A stretch of DNA of 48,665 nt. Source: Mesotaenium endlicherianum (taxonomy: Eukaryota). The position numbers were made by a program, and so were the translations under genes. The stretch's first letter is position 1, and every line of letters begins with the position of its first letter. Of the stretch, positions 1 through 9,170 are shown piece after piece. The notes below the pieces were generated by a model, which was not told the DNA's origin, searched no databases, and saw only the letters and a list, made by a program, of their open reading frames with translations. The stretch spans positions 244,198-292,862 of the forward strand of contig WELA01001035.1 in assembly GCA_009602735.1 (NCBI GenBank), in the 5' to 3' direction.

Positions 1-476
1 GGGGAGGAGGGGGAAAGAGAGGGAGAGAGGGAAAGAGGGAAGAAATGGAGAGAGAGAGAGAGAGAAGGGGAAGGGGAAAGGGAAGGGTAAGGGGAAGGAG
101 GAGGGGGGGGGGGTGTAAGGTCATAGGTTTATAAAGTGCATTGTTGAGTTTCATGAAAGTATGTTTTGATTGTATAGTAGTGTAGACTGCAATTTTGTGG
201 TCATTTTGATATAAAGTTCATCAAATTTGGTCAAGTATTGAGAGAGTTATGGATTTCCGAAGTTTAATTAGTTTTGAGGTCGGATGACGACTGTCCTTAG
301 CTCGCGGTGAGCGAGACCGTCGGATTGACCGACAGCGTCGAGCGATCTGGCCCGTTAGAATGAACTCGAACCTTCACGTAAGTTCGGCTGACGCGGAGTA
401 CCGACTAGGTCAATTTACCTAGAAGTTTAGGTATAGCCTAGCGCGCCTAAGATAGAATATTCTAGTAATGTCGATG

Positions 477-978
477 TGTAGTGAAACAGATAGATAAGTA
501 CTTAGTAAAACATAATACTTTATCTATTCAAGACAAGGATCTTTGAACACAAGTGGTAGCTTCTTGAAAGAGAGATGGCTTCTTGAAAGTTAATATATTT
601 CTGGATTTTGGCAAGTACAAGAGTGATTCTGCCCTGTCTTTCTATGTTCTAGCTCTTGTTTATATACTTGCTACATAAGTAATTTCTAGGAAGGTGTATG
701 TTGATGTGTTGGCACCCAACACATCCCAAAACTTGCCACCTCTTTCTAGAATAATGTACACATGTCCTTTTGACCTAAAAATGGCACATCTGACTTTTGC
801 CACATGGAGTTCTTCTAGGTCTTTCCTCTAACTTCGAAAATGCCTTGGAAGGTTCAAAGGACATGAACCAAGTTACTAGAGTATCTATTCACACTTGACT
901 CCACACAATACTACTCCAAATATATTTGAAAAGATTAATATATATGCAAACTAATATATAATAACTCAAATCACTACA
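477..978 (-). repeat. 3' LTR of element 1
   Basis: Direct repeat of 6653-7155, with about 8 substitutions and 1 indel by eye (~98% identical). Confidence 0.97.
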
Positions 979-990
979 TCACCCCCCCGA
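979..990 (-). promoter_or_regulatory. Polypurine tract of element 1
   Basis: Minus strand TCGGGGGGGTGA immediately precedes the 3' LTR TG. Confidence 0.85.
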
Positions 991-1015
991 TAGAAAAAGC
1001 GACGTCTCGACGCGT

Positions 1016-1140
1016 CAAGCCAGGTCTTACACATGTGGAGCAAACTGGTCAACGACTTCAAGTCAGATGCCACACATGTGAAGAGGACTAGTCAAAGGCG
1101 CCAAGTCAGGTGCTACACATGTAAGGTAGACTAGGCAAGG
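1016..1140. repeat. Three diverged 43-bp tandem repeats in the 3' UTR of element 1
   Basis: Units start at 1016, 1059 and 1102 with core CAAG(C/T)CAG..ACACATGT..ACT(A/G)G.CAA. Confidence 0.8.
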
Positions 1141-1747
1141 TCGTAGGTGGTGTGACCTTATTGGCTAGCCTACTCCTTAATGATAAAGAAAATTGTACAA
1201 GTTGGCCCAGAATCTGCCACGAATTCAAAAATTCATAGCGGCCACAGAACTGCTCCAAATCTGAAAATTCGAGTGCCAGACGGACCGCGTCGGAGAACTC
1301 TACCAGGTCACCAAATTTGAGAGCGTTCTAATTTTTGGAGTGTCGTTGAGAGCTGAGAGAGTAGGCACTCCTCCAAATTTGTGCAGAAGCTTCTGAAAAT
1401 CATAAGTCCTTCTATACTTCTCCAAATGCTGCAAACTAAGTCTCAAACTGGGCGTTGAAAGATGTTTTACCAGAGTCTAGAGTTTCAGAGCATTCCAAGT
1501 TCAGGGGAGGGCACAATGTCAGAAGGCATATTCTGCCCTAACAATGCCAGCAGCCTGACCCCCTTCTACTTAGACCATCATATCTCTCTCACCAGTGCTC
1601 CAAATTGAGCAAACTTGAACTCTAAATGACCGGCTACTCATGGAATACAGCCAGGTAAATTTTCAGAATTTATTATGCAGAGACCTATTACCAGTAGCAG
1701 TTTTAGTTTTCTTCGTAGAAACTGCGAGAAGAGAAGAGTGTCTAATG

Positions 1748-4700
1748 TCAATTTTTCCTCTTTCTTGTTCTTGCAGGCTGCCTCCAAGGGGTCTTCTGCT
1801 GCTTCTTGATGGTGGCAGGCTGCCTCCCTGAAGTCTTCGGGCTTCTAGTAGAGAGACTTGGGGCTGGTCCAAGATGGGGGTTGGCGGCATGGAAGCGCTT
1901 CAACTTTCTCTGAACTTTGTCAAGGTAGTGCGCCGCCACCCAACTATTCTCCGAATCTGGATATCCTTTCCACTTGATCAAGTATTGCTGCTGTCTCCTG
2001 AAATTTCTCATAGCCACTATGTCTTCCACTTCGTACTCCAAATGATCATCCACTATTGTTGGGGCTGGTGGGGTTGTCACACGTCCTGGGAACTTGTTGT
2101 CGGGTTGCACATATGGCTTGAAGAGGGAAGCGTGGAATACGGGGTCGATGTGCATAGTCTGGGGAAGTTCTAGCTTGAAAGCAACGGGGTTGACTTGCTG
2201 GATAATCTTGAAGGGTCCCAAATACTTGGGAGAGAACTTGCTGCCGGCAGGCCTGTTGTTCAGGGAAATGTTCTTGGATGATAGTAACACGTTGTCACCC
2301 ACTCTGTACGTAATTTCTCTTCTGGATCTGTTCGCCACTCTTGCTTGAGCATCTTGCGCGTGTTGTAGAGCTTTCTTCGCTGCTGTAAGGGCTGCTTCTA
2401 ATGTCTCCATAAAATCTGTGGCTGCAGGTACTTCATCATGGCCAGCCGTGAAGCTCAGTGGCGTGGTCGGATGGAAGCCATAGTTGAGGAAGAATGGGGA
2501 CTCTTGGGTAGAGGCCTGCGTAGTGTTGTTGTAGGCAAACTCGAGGGGGGTCAAGTACATGTCCCAGTCTTGCTCGAGGGTAGACACGTAGGCCTTTAGA
2601 GAGGTCTTTAGGGTACGATTCATACGCTCGGTTTGCCCATCTGATTGTGGGTGGTAGGCAGTAGACATATCCAGCGATGTACCCAAGTTCTTGAAGAGAT
2701 TTTTCCAGAAATGGCTTGTGAATCTTGGATCTCTATCTGACACAATTCTTGATGGTAGTCCATGGAGTCGGAAGATGTTGTCAAAGATGAGTCTTGCAAG
2801 TTGTGGTGCTGTAGCCTTAGTCGTCGTGGGAATAAAATGAGCCATCTTGGTAAGTCTGTCCACCACCGTGAGTATTGCATTATGGCCTCGAGGTGTCACG
2901 GGCAAGTCCACGATAAGGTCCATTGAGATGTCCGTCCATTGTCTTTCGGGGATTGGTAGTGGTTGGAGGAGTCCTCCCGCCTTTTGCGATGATGGCTTGA
3001 TTCTTTGGCATGTGTCACAGCTCCTGCAGTACTCCTTGACTTGCTTAGACATGCCTGGCCAACAATAAGTCCTAGCTAGAACGCCCGTGGTCCTTAGGAT
3101 TCCAAAGTGTCCTCCAAGAGGGTTGTCGTGTGCTTCTCGTAGAAGCAAGAGCCGGAGGTCTAAGTCATTAGGAACACATCTCTGGCCCGTATCTTGCCTC
3201 ACCCAATAATTGCCTTCTTGCTTCTTGCATGGGTCCAAGGCTGCTTCTCCGTTCTTGTAGTAAGGGTCTCTTTCATAGGCGGCTGAAAATCGAGCTTCCA
3301 GATCTGTCTTCAGGGATACCATCACTGCATTTAATTGCAGTCTTGAGAGGGGGTCAGCCGGGTTTGTCTTGCCGGGCTGGTACTGAATCGTGATGTTGTA
3401 TTGTTGCAAGTATCCGCTCCATCTTGCTTGTCTCCTTGAGAGATACGGCTGCGTTTGGAGGTGCTTTAACGCCTCGTGGTCCGTGGTGACCAGTACTTTG
3501 CGTCCTTCAACGTAGCAGCGCCAAACCTTCAAGGCATGTACAATCGCCAATGCCTCTCGCTCCGTGGTTGTATAATTTTGCTCGGCTGGATTTAGCTTTC
3601 TTGACTCGTAGGCGATGGGCTGCAGTCCCTTGCCTTGGTCTTGAAGCAGGATTGCTCCTATTGCATAGGAAGATGCATCGGTGATGACGTGGAAGGGCCA
3701 ATCTGGGTTTGGACTTGGGAGTGTGAGCACCGGGGATGTGGTCAATCTTCGCTTGAACTCTTGAAATGCCTCCATCTCTTTCTCGATCCATGTATATAGC
3801 CTGTCCTTCTTGAGTAGATCTGTCAGGGGGGCTGCTATGTGCGAGAAGCCTTGGATGAATCTCCTGTACCAATTGGCAAATCCCAAGAATGACTGGAGTT
3901 CTTTCTTGGTCGCGGGGGTTGGCCATTCCTCCACCACCGTGGTCTTCTTGGGGTCTATCTTGATGCCATCAGCAGTCACGTGGAGACAAAGGAACTCCAC
4001 TTCTTGTTTGGCAAACTCGCATTTTGACTCCTTCGCAAACAGCTTGTTTTGCTTCAATACTTCAAGGACTTCTTTCAAGTGTCTCGCATGCTCTTCAAGG
4101 GTCTTGCTGTAGATAAGGATGTCATCGATGAATACCACCACAAATCTGTCCAACATGGGCTGAAATATGGTGTTCATCATAGTCATGAAAGTTGCTGGCG
4201 CGTTGGTGAGTCCAAATGGCAAGACCATGAACTCAAAATGTCCATATCTTGTCCTGAATGTCGTCTTCTCTATGTCCGGTTCTGCGATGCGAATGTGGTG
4301 GTAGCCGCTCCGTAAGTCAATCTTCGTGAAGTACTTGGCTCCAACCAGCCGGTCCATGAGCTCGTCCATGCGCGGCAGCGGGTATCAATTCTTGATGGTG
4401 ATCTCGTTGAGGGCGCGATAGTCCACACACATCCTCAAGGTACCATCTTTCTTCTTGACAAATAGCACCGGGGCTCCAAATGGCGACTTGCTAGGTCGAA
4501 TGAAGCCATGCTCCAGTAGCTCCTTGATTTGCTTCTTGACTTCGTCTAGCTCCGTGTATGACATTTTGAACGTAGGCCGAGAGATGGGCTTGCTTCCGGG
4601 CTCCAACTCTATCTTGTGGTCTACGAATCTTTTGGGGGGTAGGCCCTTGGGCAATTCCGGGGAGAACACTTCTTTGTAGTCCTCTAAGACTTCTTGTATC

Positions 4701-5413
4701 TCCTTGGGAACGGGGCTGCCTTCTTGACTCTCGATGTCTTTCTTGATGTCTTTTGGCGTGATCAAGGCCAAAAGAAGCTCGTGTCCCTTCCTCACAAGTC
4801 TCTTGAGTTGGAGGGCGGACAATAGTATCTCGTGTGCCGGCTTCTGGATGTCTTGGGTCTGGATATTCTGGATTGCGCGCAAAATACAGATTCTTGAAGT
4901 GATGTCATTCTTGATCTTGATAGTACCGGTCCTCCAATCAACTTGGGGGTTGTGCTTGGTCAACCAAGGCGTCCCTAGGATGACGTCGTACTTGCCCAAT
5001 TGCATGGGGGAGAACACTACTCTATCCTTGAAGGACTTGATAGAGAGTGCCAAGGGGTACGTCTTCTTGGAAGGGGTAGTATAGGAGAATCCATCGGGCA
5101 TCATAATCTCCTCGTCGTGGTCAAGAGTTCGCATAGTAATACCGTGCTTGGTGGCAAAATCTGCAGCAATGAAGTTGCCTTGAGCTCCGCTATCCACCAA
5201 GATGTGGACCTTCTCTCCTCCAAGGTAACCTCTCAAACTCATTGGGGCTGGAACGTCGTCTTCAACGGGGGTCTCCACCTCACTTGGCGTGTTGCCTTCT
5301 CGTGAAGTGGGTCTTGGGGTGGTAGGCTCCTGGCCTACCGGCGCTGTCCGTTTTTTGACAACTTTTTGGGGCATGAAAGTGCACGATGGCCCTTTTCCTT
5401 GCAATAAAAGCAT
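1748..5413 (-). pseudogene. pol: pol of element 1 (protease, RT, RNase H, integrase, chromodomain) with one in-frame stop
   Basis: Motifs LVDSGA (PR), KIDLRSGY and FIDDILI (RT), TDAS (RH), HHCC, D-D-E and GPF (IN), and EYEVEDIV...YLIKWKGY..SENSW (chromodomain). ORFs 4385-5413 and 1748-4369 are in frame, split by TGA at 4385-4387 in KN*YPLPR (normally KNRYPLPR, probable CGA>TGA). Confidence 0.95.
5321..5356 (-). promoter_or_regulatory. -1 ribosomal frameshift signal, gag-pol of element 1
   Basis: Slippery A AAA AAC in gag phase (5356-5350), followed by stem GGTAGGC/GCCTACC (5339-5321). pol is in the -1 frame and overlaps the gag end. Confidence 0.8.
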
Positions 5414-6615
5414 AGTCCAGCCGTCATGAGAGCTTCTTTTTCAGCCGGGGAGAGTCTTGCTTTCACTCCTTGCTGGTTTCTTGCATCATAAGTGTCATTG
5501 GAGGGTCTTCCACTCTTCCGGGCAGCCGCGGGGTCCCTTTTAATAACTCCGATTTCCATGGGTGTGGGTCCAGATTCGGATGTGGAAGGGGCTGCGTACA
5601 CCCGCGTCGTCGGTACCCGTGAAGATGAAGGCACGGAGTGCTTGAAATCCAAGGTATCCACCTTTTGGGCCACTTCAATGATCTTTGAGAAGTCCGTCAA
5701 GTCGCGTAACTCCACTTCCTTTGCCACCTTGGGTTTGAGGCCAAAGATGTAGCGGTCAATCTTCTCCTCGAGAGACATGTTGGGGATCTCAAGAGTGAGG
5801 GCGTGAAATCTGGATGTATACTCTTGAACGGACGTCGTTTGCTTGAGATGGTGGAGCTTTCCTCGGGCAATCTTCTCCGCATTGATGGGCATGAATTGCT
5901 TCTTGAGGGCCTCACGAAAATCTGCCCATCTTGCATATGATGGTGGGGGCTCTTGGCCGAGCATGGGGTGCGCCATAGCTTGATATATAGCCGCTTGATA
6001 GTTACGCCACCATGATGTTGCTGCTCCTCTAAGTAAGGTAACGGCAAAGGGAACGTAGTCCTCCTCGGGTACTTCAAGGAATGCGAGGTACGTCTCCACT
6101 TGGTAGAGCCATAAATTCAGGTTGGCACCTTTCCCGGGGTTGAAAGTGTCGGGTTTGCCGGGCTTGATGAGTTTCCTTGCTCTCGTTGGCTCTTGTGGAG
6201 GCGCTTGAGCCGGGGCTGGATTTTGAGCATTGCTCGCAATAGGGGCAACCATGGCAGCCATAGCTTCTCTTGACGCTTGCACGGTTGCTTCATAGGTGGC
6301 CAAGCCCACTTGGTTGTGGACGGTCATTAGGAAGGCTGCCCACTCATTTGCGGGAACTCCTTGTGGTGGGGTCAACTTTGCTATAGCGGCTGCCACGGGA
6401 TTTGACGGTGCTCCTCCTTGTGGTGCTTCTTGTTGTTGGAGATTTCCTTGAGTAGGCTCTCCCATCGACGCTGGAGGAGGGTGTGCTCCTCCTTGTGGTG
6501 CTTCTTGTTGTTGCAGATTTTCTTGAGTGGGCTCTCCCATCGGCGCTGGAGGAGGGTGTCTTGGAGAGGAAGGGCTTCCTTCGAAAGCTTGCTGTTGGTC
6601 TTGAGGATCGGCCAT
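5335..6615 (-). CDS. gag: Gag of element 1 (426 aa)
   Basis: Retrotransposon gag motifs ([30 protein letters not shown]), PTPMEIG and CCHC knuckle [14 protein letters not shown]. Has a 75-bp/25-aa tandem duplication at ~6409-6558. Confidence 0.95.
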   Translation of the reverse strand: MADPQDQQQAFEGSPSSPRHPPPAPMGEPTQENLQQQEAPQGGAHPPPASMGEPTQGNLQQQEAPQGGAPSNPVAAAIAKLTPPQGVPANEWAAFLMTVHNQVGLATYEATVQASREAMAAMVAPIASNAQNPAPAQAPPQEPTRARKLIKPGKPDTFNPGKGANLNLWLYQVETYLAFLEVPEEDYVPFAVTLLRGAATSWWRNYQAAIYQAMAHPMLGQEPPPSYARWADFREALKKQFMPINAEKIARGKLHHLKQTTSVQEYTSRFHALTLEIPNMSLEEKIDRYIFGLKPKVAKEVELRDLTDFSKIIEVAQKVDTLDFKHSVPSSSRVPTTRVYAAPSTSESGPTPMEIGVIKRDPAAARKSGRPSNDTYDARNQQGVKARLSPAEKEALMTAGLCFYCKEKGHRALSCPKKLSKNGQRR

Positions 6616-6639
6616 CTTCTTGTGCTACCAAAGTGCCTA

Positions 6640-6651
6640 GCTCCGATACCA
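6640..6651 (-). promoter_or_regulatory. Primer binding site (initiator tRNA-Met type) of element 1
   Basis: TGGTATCGGAGC lies 1 nt inside the 5' LTR end; the canonical plant PBS is TGGTATCAGAGC. Confidence 0.9.
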
Positions 6652-6652
6652 C

Positions 6653-7155
6653 TGTAGTGAAACAGATAGATAAAGTACTTAGTAAAACAGAATACTTTAT
6701 CTATTCAAGACAAGGATCTTTGAACACAAGTGGTAGCTTCTTGAAAGAGAGATGGCTTCTTGAAAGTTAATATATTTCTGGATTTTGGCAAGTACAAGAG
6801 TGATTCTGGAATGTCTTTCTATGTTCTAGCTCTTGTTTATATACTTGCTACATAAGTAATTTCTAGGAAGGTGTATGTTGATGTGTTGGCACCCAACACA
6901 TCCCAAAACTTGCCACCTCTTTCTAGAATAATGTACACATGTCCTTTTGACCTAAAAATGGCACATCTGACTTTTGCCACATGGAGTTCTTCTAGGTCTT
7001 TCCTCTAACTTCGAAAATGCCTTGGAAGGTTCGAAGGACATGAACCAAGTTACTAGAGTACCTATTCACACTTGACTCCACACAATACTACTCCAAATAT
7101 ATTTGAAAACATTAAAATATATGCAAACTAATATATAATAACTCAAATCACTACA
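6653..7155 (-). repeat. 5' LTR of element 1
   Basis: TG...CA bounded copy of 477-978, adjacent to the PBS. Confidence 0.97.
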
Positions 7156-7799
7156 CGATGCATGTATGTGGACGTCAGATCGACCCGACACGTCAGATGA
7201 GACTGATCTGGTCTAGTCACAAATATTCTGGAAGGGACTATTTGACGAACACTTAGGAAATTCCGTAGCTCCCGTCTAGAGAGGAGGACTTAGGTCAGAA
7301 AAACATAAATAGGCATTACTTCTTCATTTCTCATCAATTTTCATTTCTGTAAATTTCCACGGGTTTGTAATGACAAGGCCTTTCATCCTACACTATTTGT
7401 GAGCAGTTTCTTGCCACTCAAAATGTCAAGTAATATGCCGCTGCACTCTTTAGTATGATTGCAACTAGTTCCTTTCCTCGTGAGTTACTACGCTTCCACT
7501 AGGGCACTTGGCCCCTTTCAGGGGGGGGGGGGAGNNNNNNNNNNNNNNNNNNNNNNNNNNNNNNNNNNNNNNNNGGGGGGGAGAGGGAGGGAGGGAAAGG
7601 GGGAGAGGAAGAGAAAGAGGGAAAGAGGGGGGGAGAGAGAGGGAGAGCGAGGGGAGAGGCCGCACGCGAACGAAGTTTTGCATGTGCACTGCTTGATGGG
7701 GGGGGCGAGTGGGACCTAGATCGGACTCGTACGCGCTAATGCACACACAATTCCACCCCTCCGAGGGAGAGGGAGAGGCGAGCAAGTCGTGTCGCTCAC

Positions 7800-8296
7800 C
7801 TGGCACAGCGAGGGATGGCGAGGTTGGCGCTCGCGCCCTTGTCGCACAGACCCCTCTTTGGACCTGCACCCACACTACCCCGTCCCACCCTTTCGCCACC
7901 ACCACCCCCACCCCCACCCCCGTTTGCTAGGGCGCGCGCCCGCCAGCTGCTGGAGGAGGGCTGCGGTGGCGCGCGCCACGTCCTGCAGGGGCGCCTCCGC
8001 CGCGCTCAGGACGTGCATTTGCAGCAGCAACTTCACGTGCTCGTGCACCTGGCTGTACAGCNGGGGGGGGGAAGAGAGGGAGGGAGAGAGGGAAAGAAAA
8101 AGGGATAGAGAGAGGGAGAGAGCCAGAGAGTAATGATAGAGGAAAGGAGAGAGAAGGAAGAGAAGGGGCACCTGCAATAGCCGTTCAAGCCGAAAGACGG
8201 GGACACTTGCTGTCGAGAGCTCATACTTGGCGCCATCACTCACTATCTTCCAATAATCAACGTGGACAAAAGCCGTGCCTTCACCCTTGCACACCC
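7800..8296 (-). CDS. Partial multi-exon gene, GON4L/DUO3-like. Exons ~8296-8172, 8061-~7935, 7863-7800; continues left of the window, 5' end unresolved
   Basis: Clear AG/GT boundaries on the outer exons; the middle exon's acceptor falls at the N at 8062 and its donor is uncertain. Spliced reading FRLERLLQ|LYSQVHEHVKLLLQMHVLSAAEAPLQDVARATAALLQQL resembles the recalled GON4L/DUO3 block (QLxxxxxEHVQLLxQ). Confidence 0.55.
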
Positions 8297-8769
8297 CTGC
8301 ACAGTGCCATGTGCACCGTGTAAGTACAATCACAAAGGAATTCAAAAGAATGAGTGTAAGAGTAAAAATTAGAACACCCAAGCACGAACAAGCTTGCGGC
8401 TAATTTCCACGGTTGTTAGGTCACTCTGGGCTACCTCCACTGAAGTTAGGTCACTTGCATTCGGTCACCTCGAGGCACGAGGTGCAACTGAGTGTCGGGA
8501 ATACGATTGTTGTAAAGACTGAATTCAAGCGTCTAGTAGTGCAGCTCGACCAAGCTCGAGCCTCGAGGTGCCTGCAAAGGTAGGGCCTCCTACTTTTTGA
8601 GAAAGGAATGACTCTCAGATCGTATCCTACCTGCATCTTGAGTCGGCGGGCCCTACTTTAAAGGTGAAAGCAGTGTTCTCCAACTATTTGCCGGCCCTCG
8701 TCGAGCGATTTGCCCCAGCATACCTCGCATACTTTTGTAAAAGTAGAAAACGGCACATACCACCCATTG

Positions 8770-9170
8770 CCCATTTTTAGGGTGTAACCTCAAGGCATTT
8801 TGAGTGTCCCTAAAGACGGTAAACTTACCATCTTTAGAAACACTCAAATTTACCGTCTTTAGAAACACTCAAAATGCCTTGAGATTTTGCACGGAGGATC
8901 CACCTTGCATTTTGACCGGTCACGCAAAATGGTCTTTTAGGGGCACGCAAAATGCTCTTTATAGGGGCACGCAAAATGCTCTTCTTTGGGGACTCGCAAA
9001 ATACTGTATATGGCTACGAAATTTCATACTCTAAGGGGGCATGCAAAATTTCGTCATAAGGGGCTCGCAAGAAACACTTGCAAGGGGCACGCAAATTTAA
9101 GGAGTATGTTGAAGGGCAGGCAATGAATAAGTAACAAAATATTTTGAAGGTGCACGCATGAAGCGCTTTC
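8770..9170. repeat. Array of short GGGCACGCAAAAT-like repeats with a ~35-bp inverted repeat; continues at ~22940
   Basis: About 8 degenerate copies at 8919-9160. Arms CTCAAGGCATTTTGAGTGTCCCTAAAGACGGTAAA (~8789-8823) and TTTACCGTCTTTAGAAACACTCAAAATGCCTTGAG (~8849-8883). GAGGGCACGCAAGATTT recurs just right of the TIR at 22922. Confidence 0.7.

Larger units (their letters stand above)
477..7155 (-). mobile_element. Full-length Ty3/gypsy chromovirus LTR retrotransposon (element 1)
   Basis: Two ~502-bp LTRs (TGTAGTGA...TCACTACA), TSD CGATG at 472-476 and 7156-7160, PBS, PPT, gag and pol in PR-RT-RH-IN-chromodomain order. Confidence 0.98.
114..7520. mobile_element. Probable solo LTR (~723 bp: 114-476 plus 7161-7520) interrupted by chromovirus 1
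   Basis: Starts TGTAAGG at 114 and ends CCTTTCA at 7520 (TG...CA, imperfect inverted ends). GGGGG flanks both sides, compatible with a 5-bp TSD in a G run. AT-rich non-coding interior contrasts with GA/G-rich flanks. Confidence 0.65.

Noticed and set aside
1016..1140. CRISPR-like reading of the 43-bp repeats (also 8919-9160 and 44820-45180)
   Set aside because: These are degenerate tandem units without unique spacers or cas genes, in a eukaryotic context.
4385..4387. TGA between the two pol ORFs as programmed readthrough or selenocysteine
   Set aside because: It falls on the conserved Arg of KNRYPLP inside RT; a CGA>TGA deamination is the simplest explanation.
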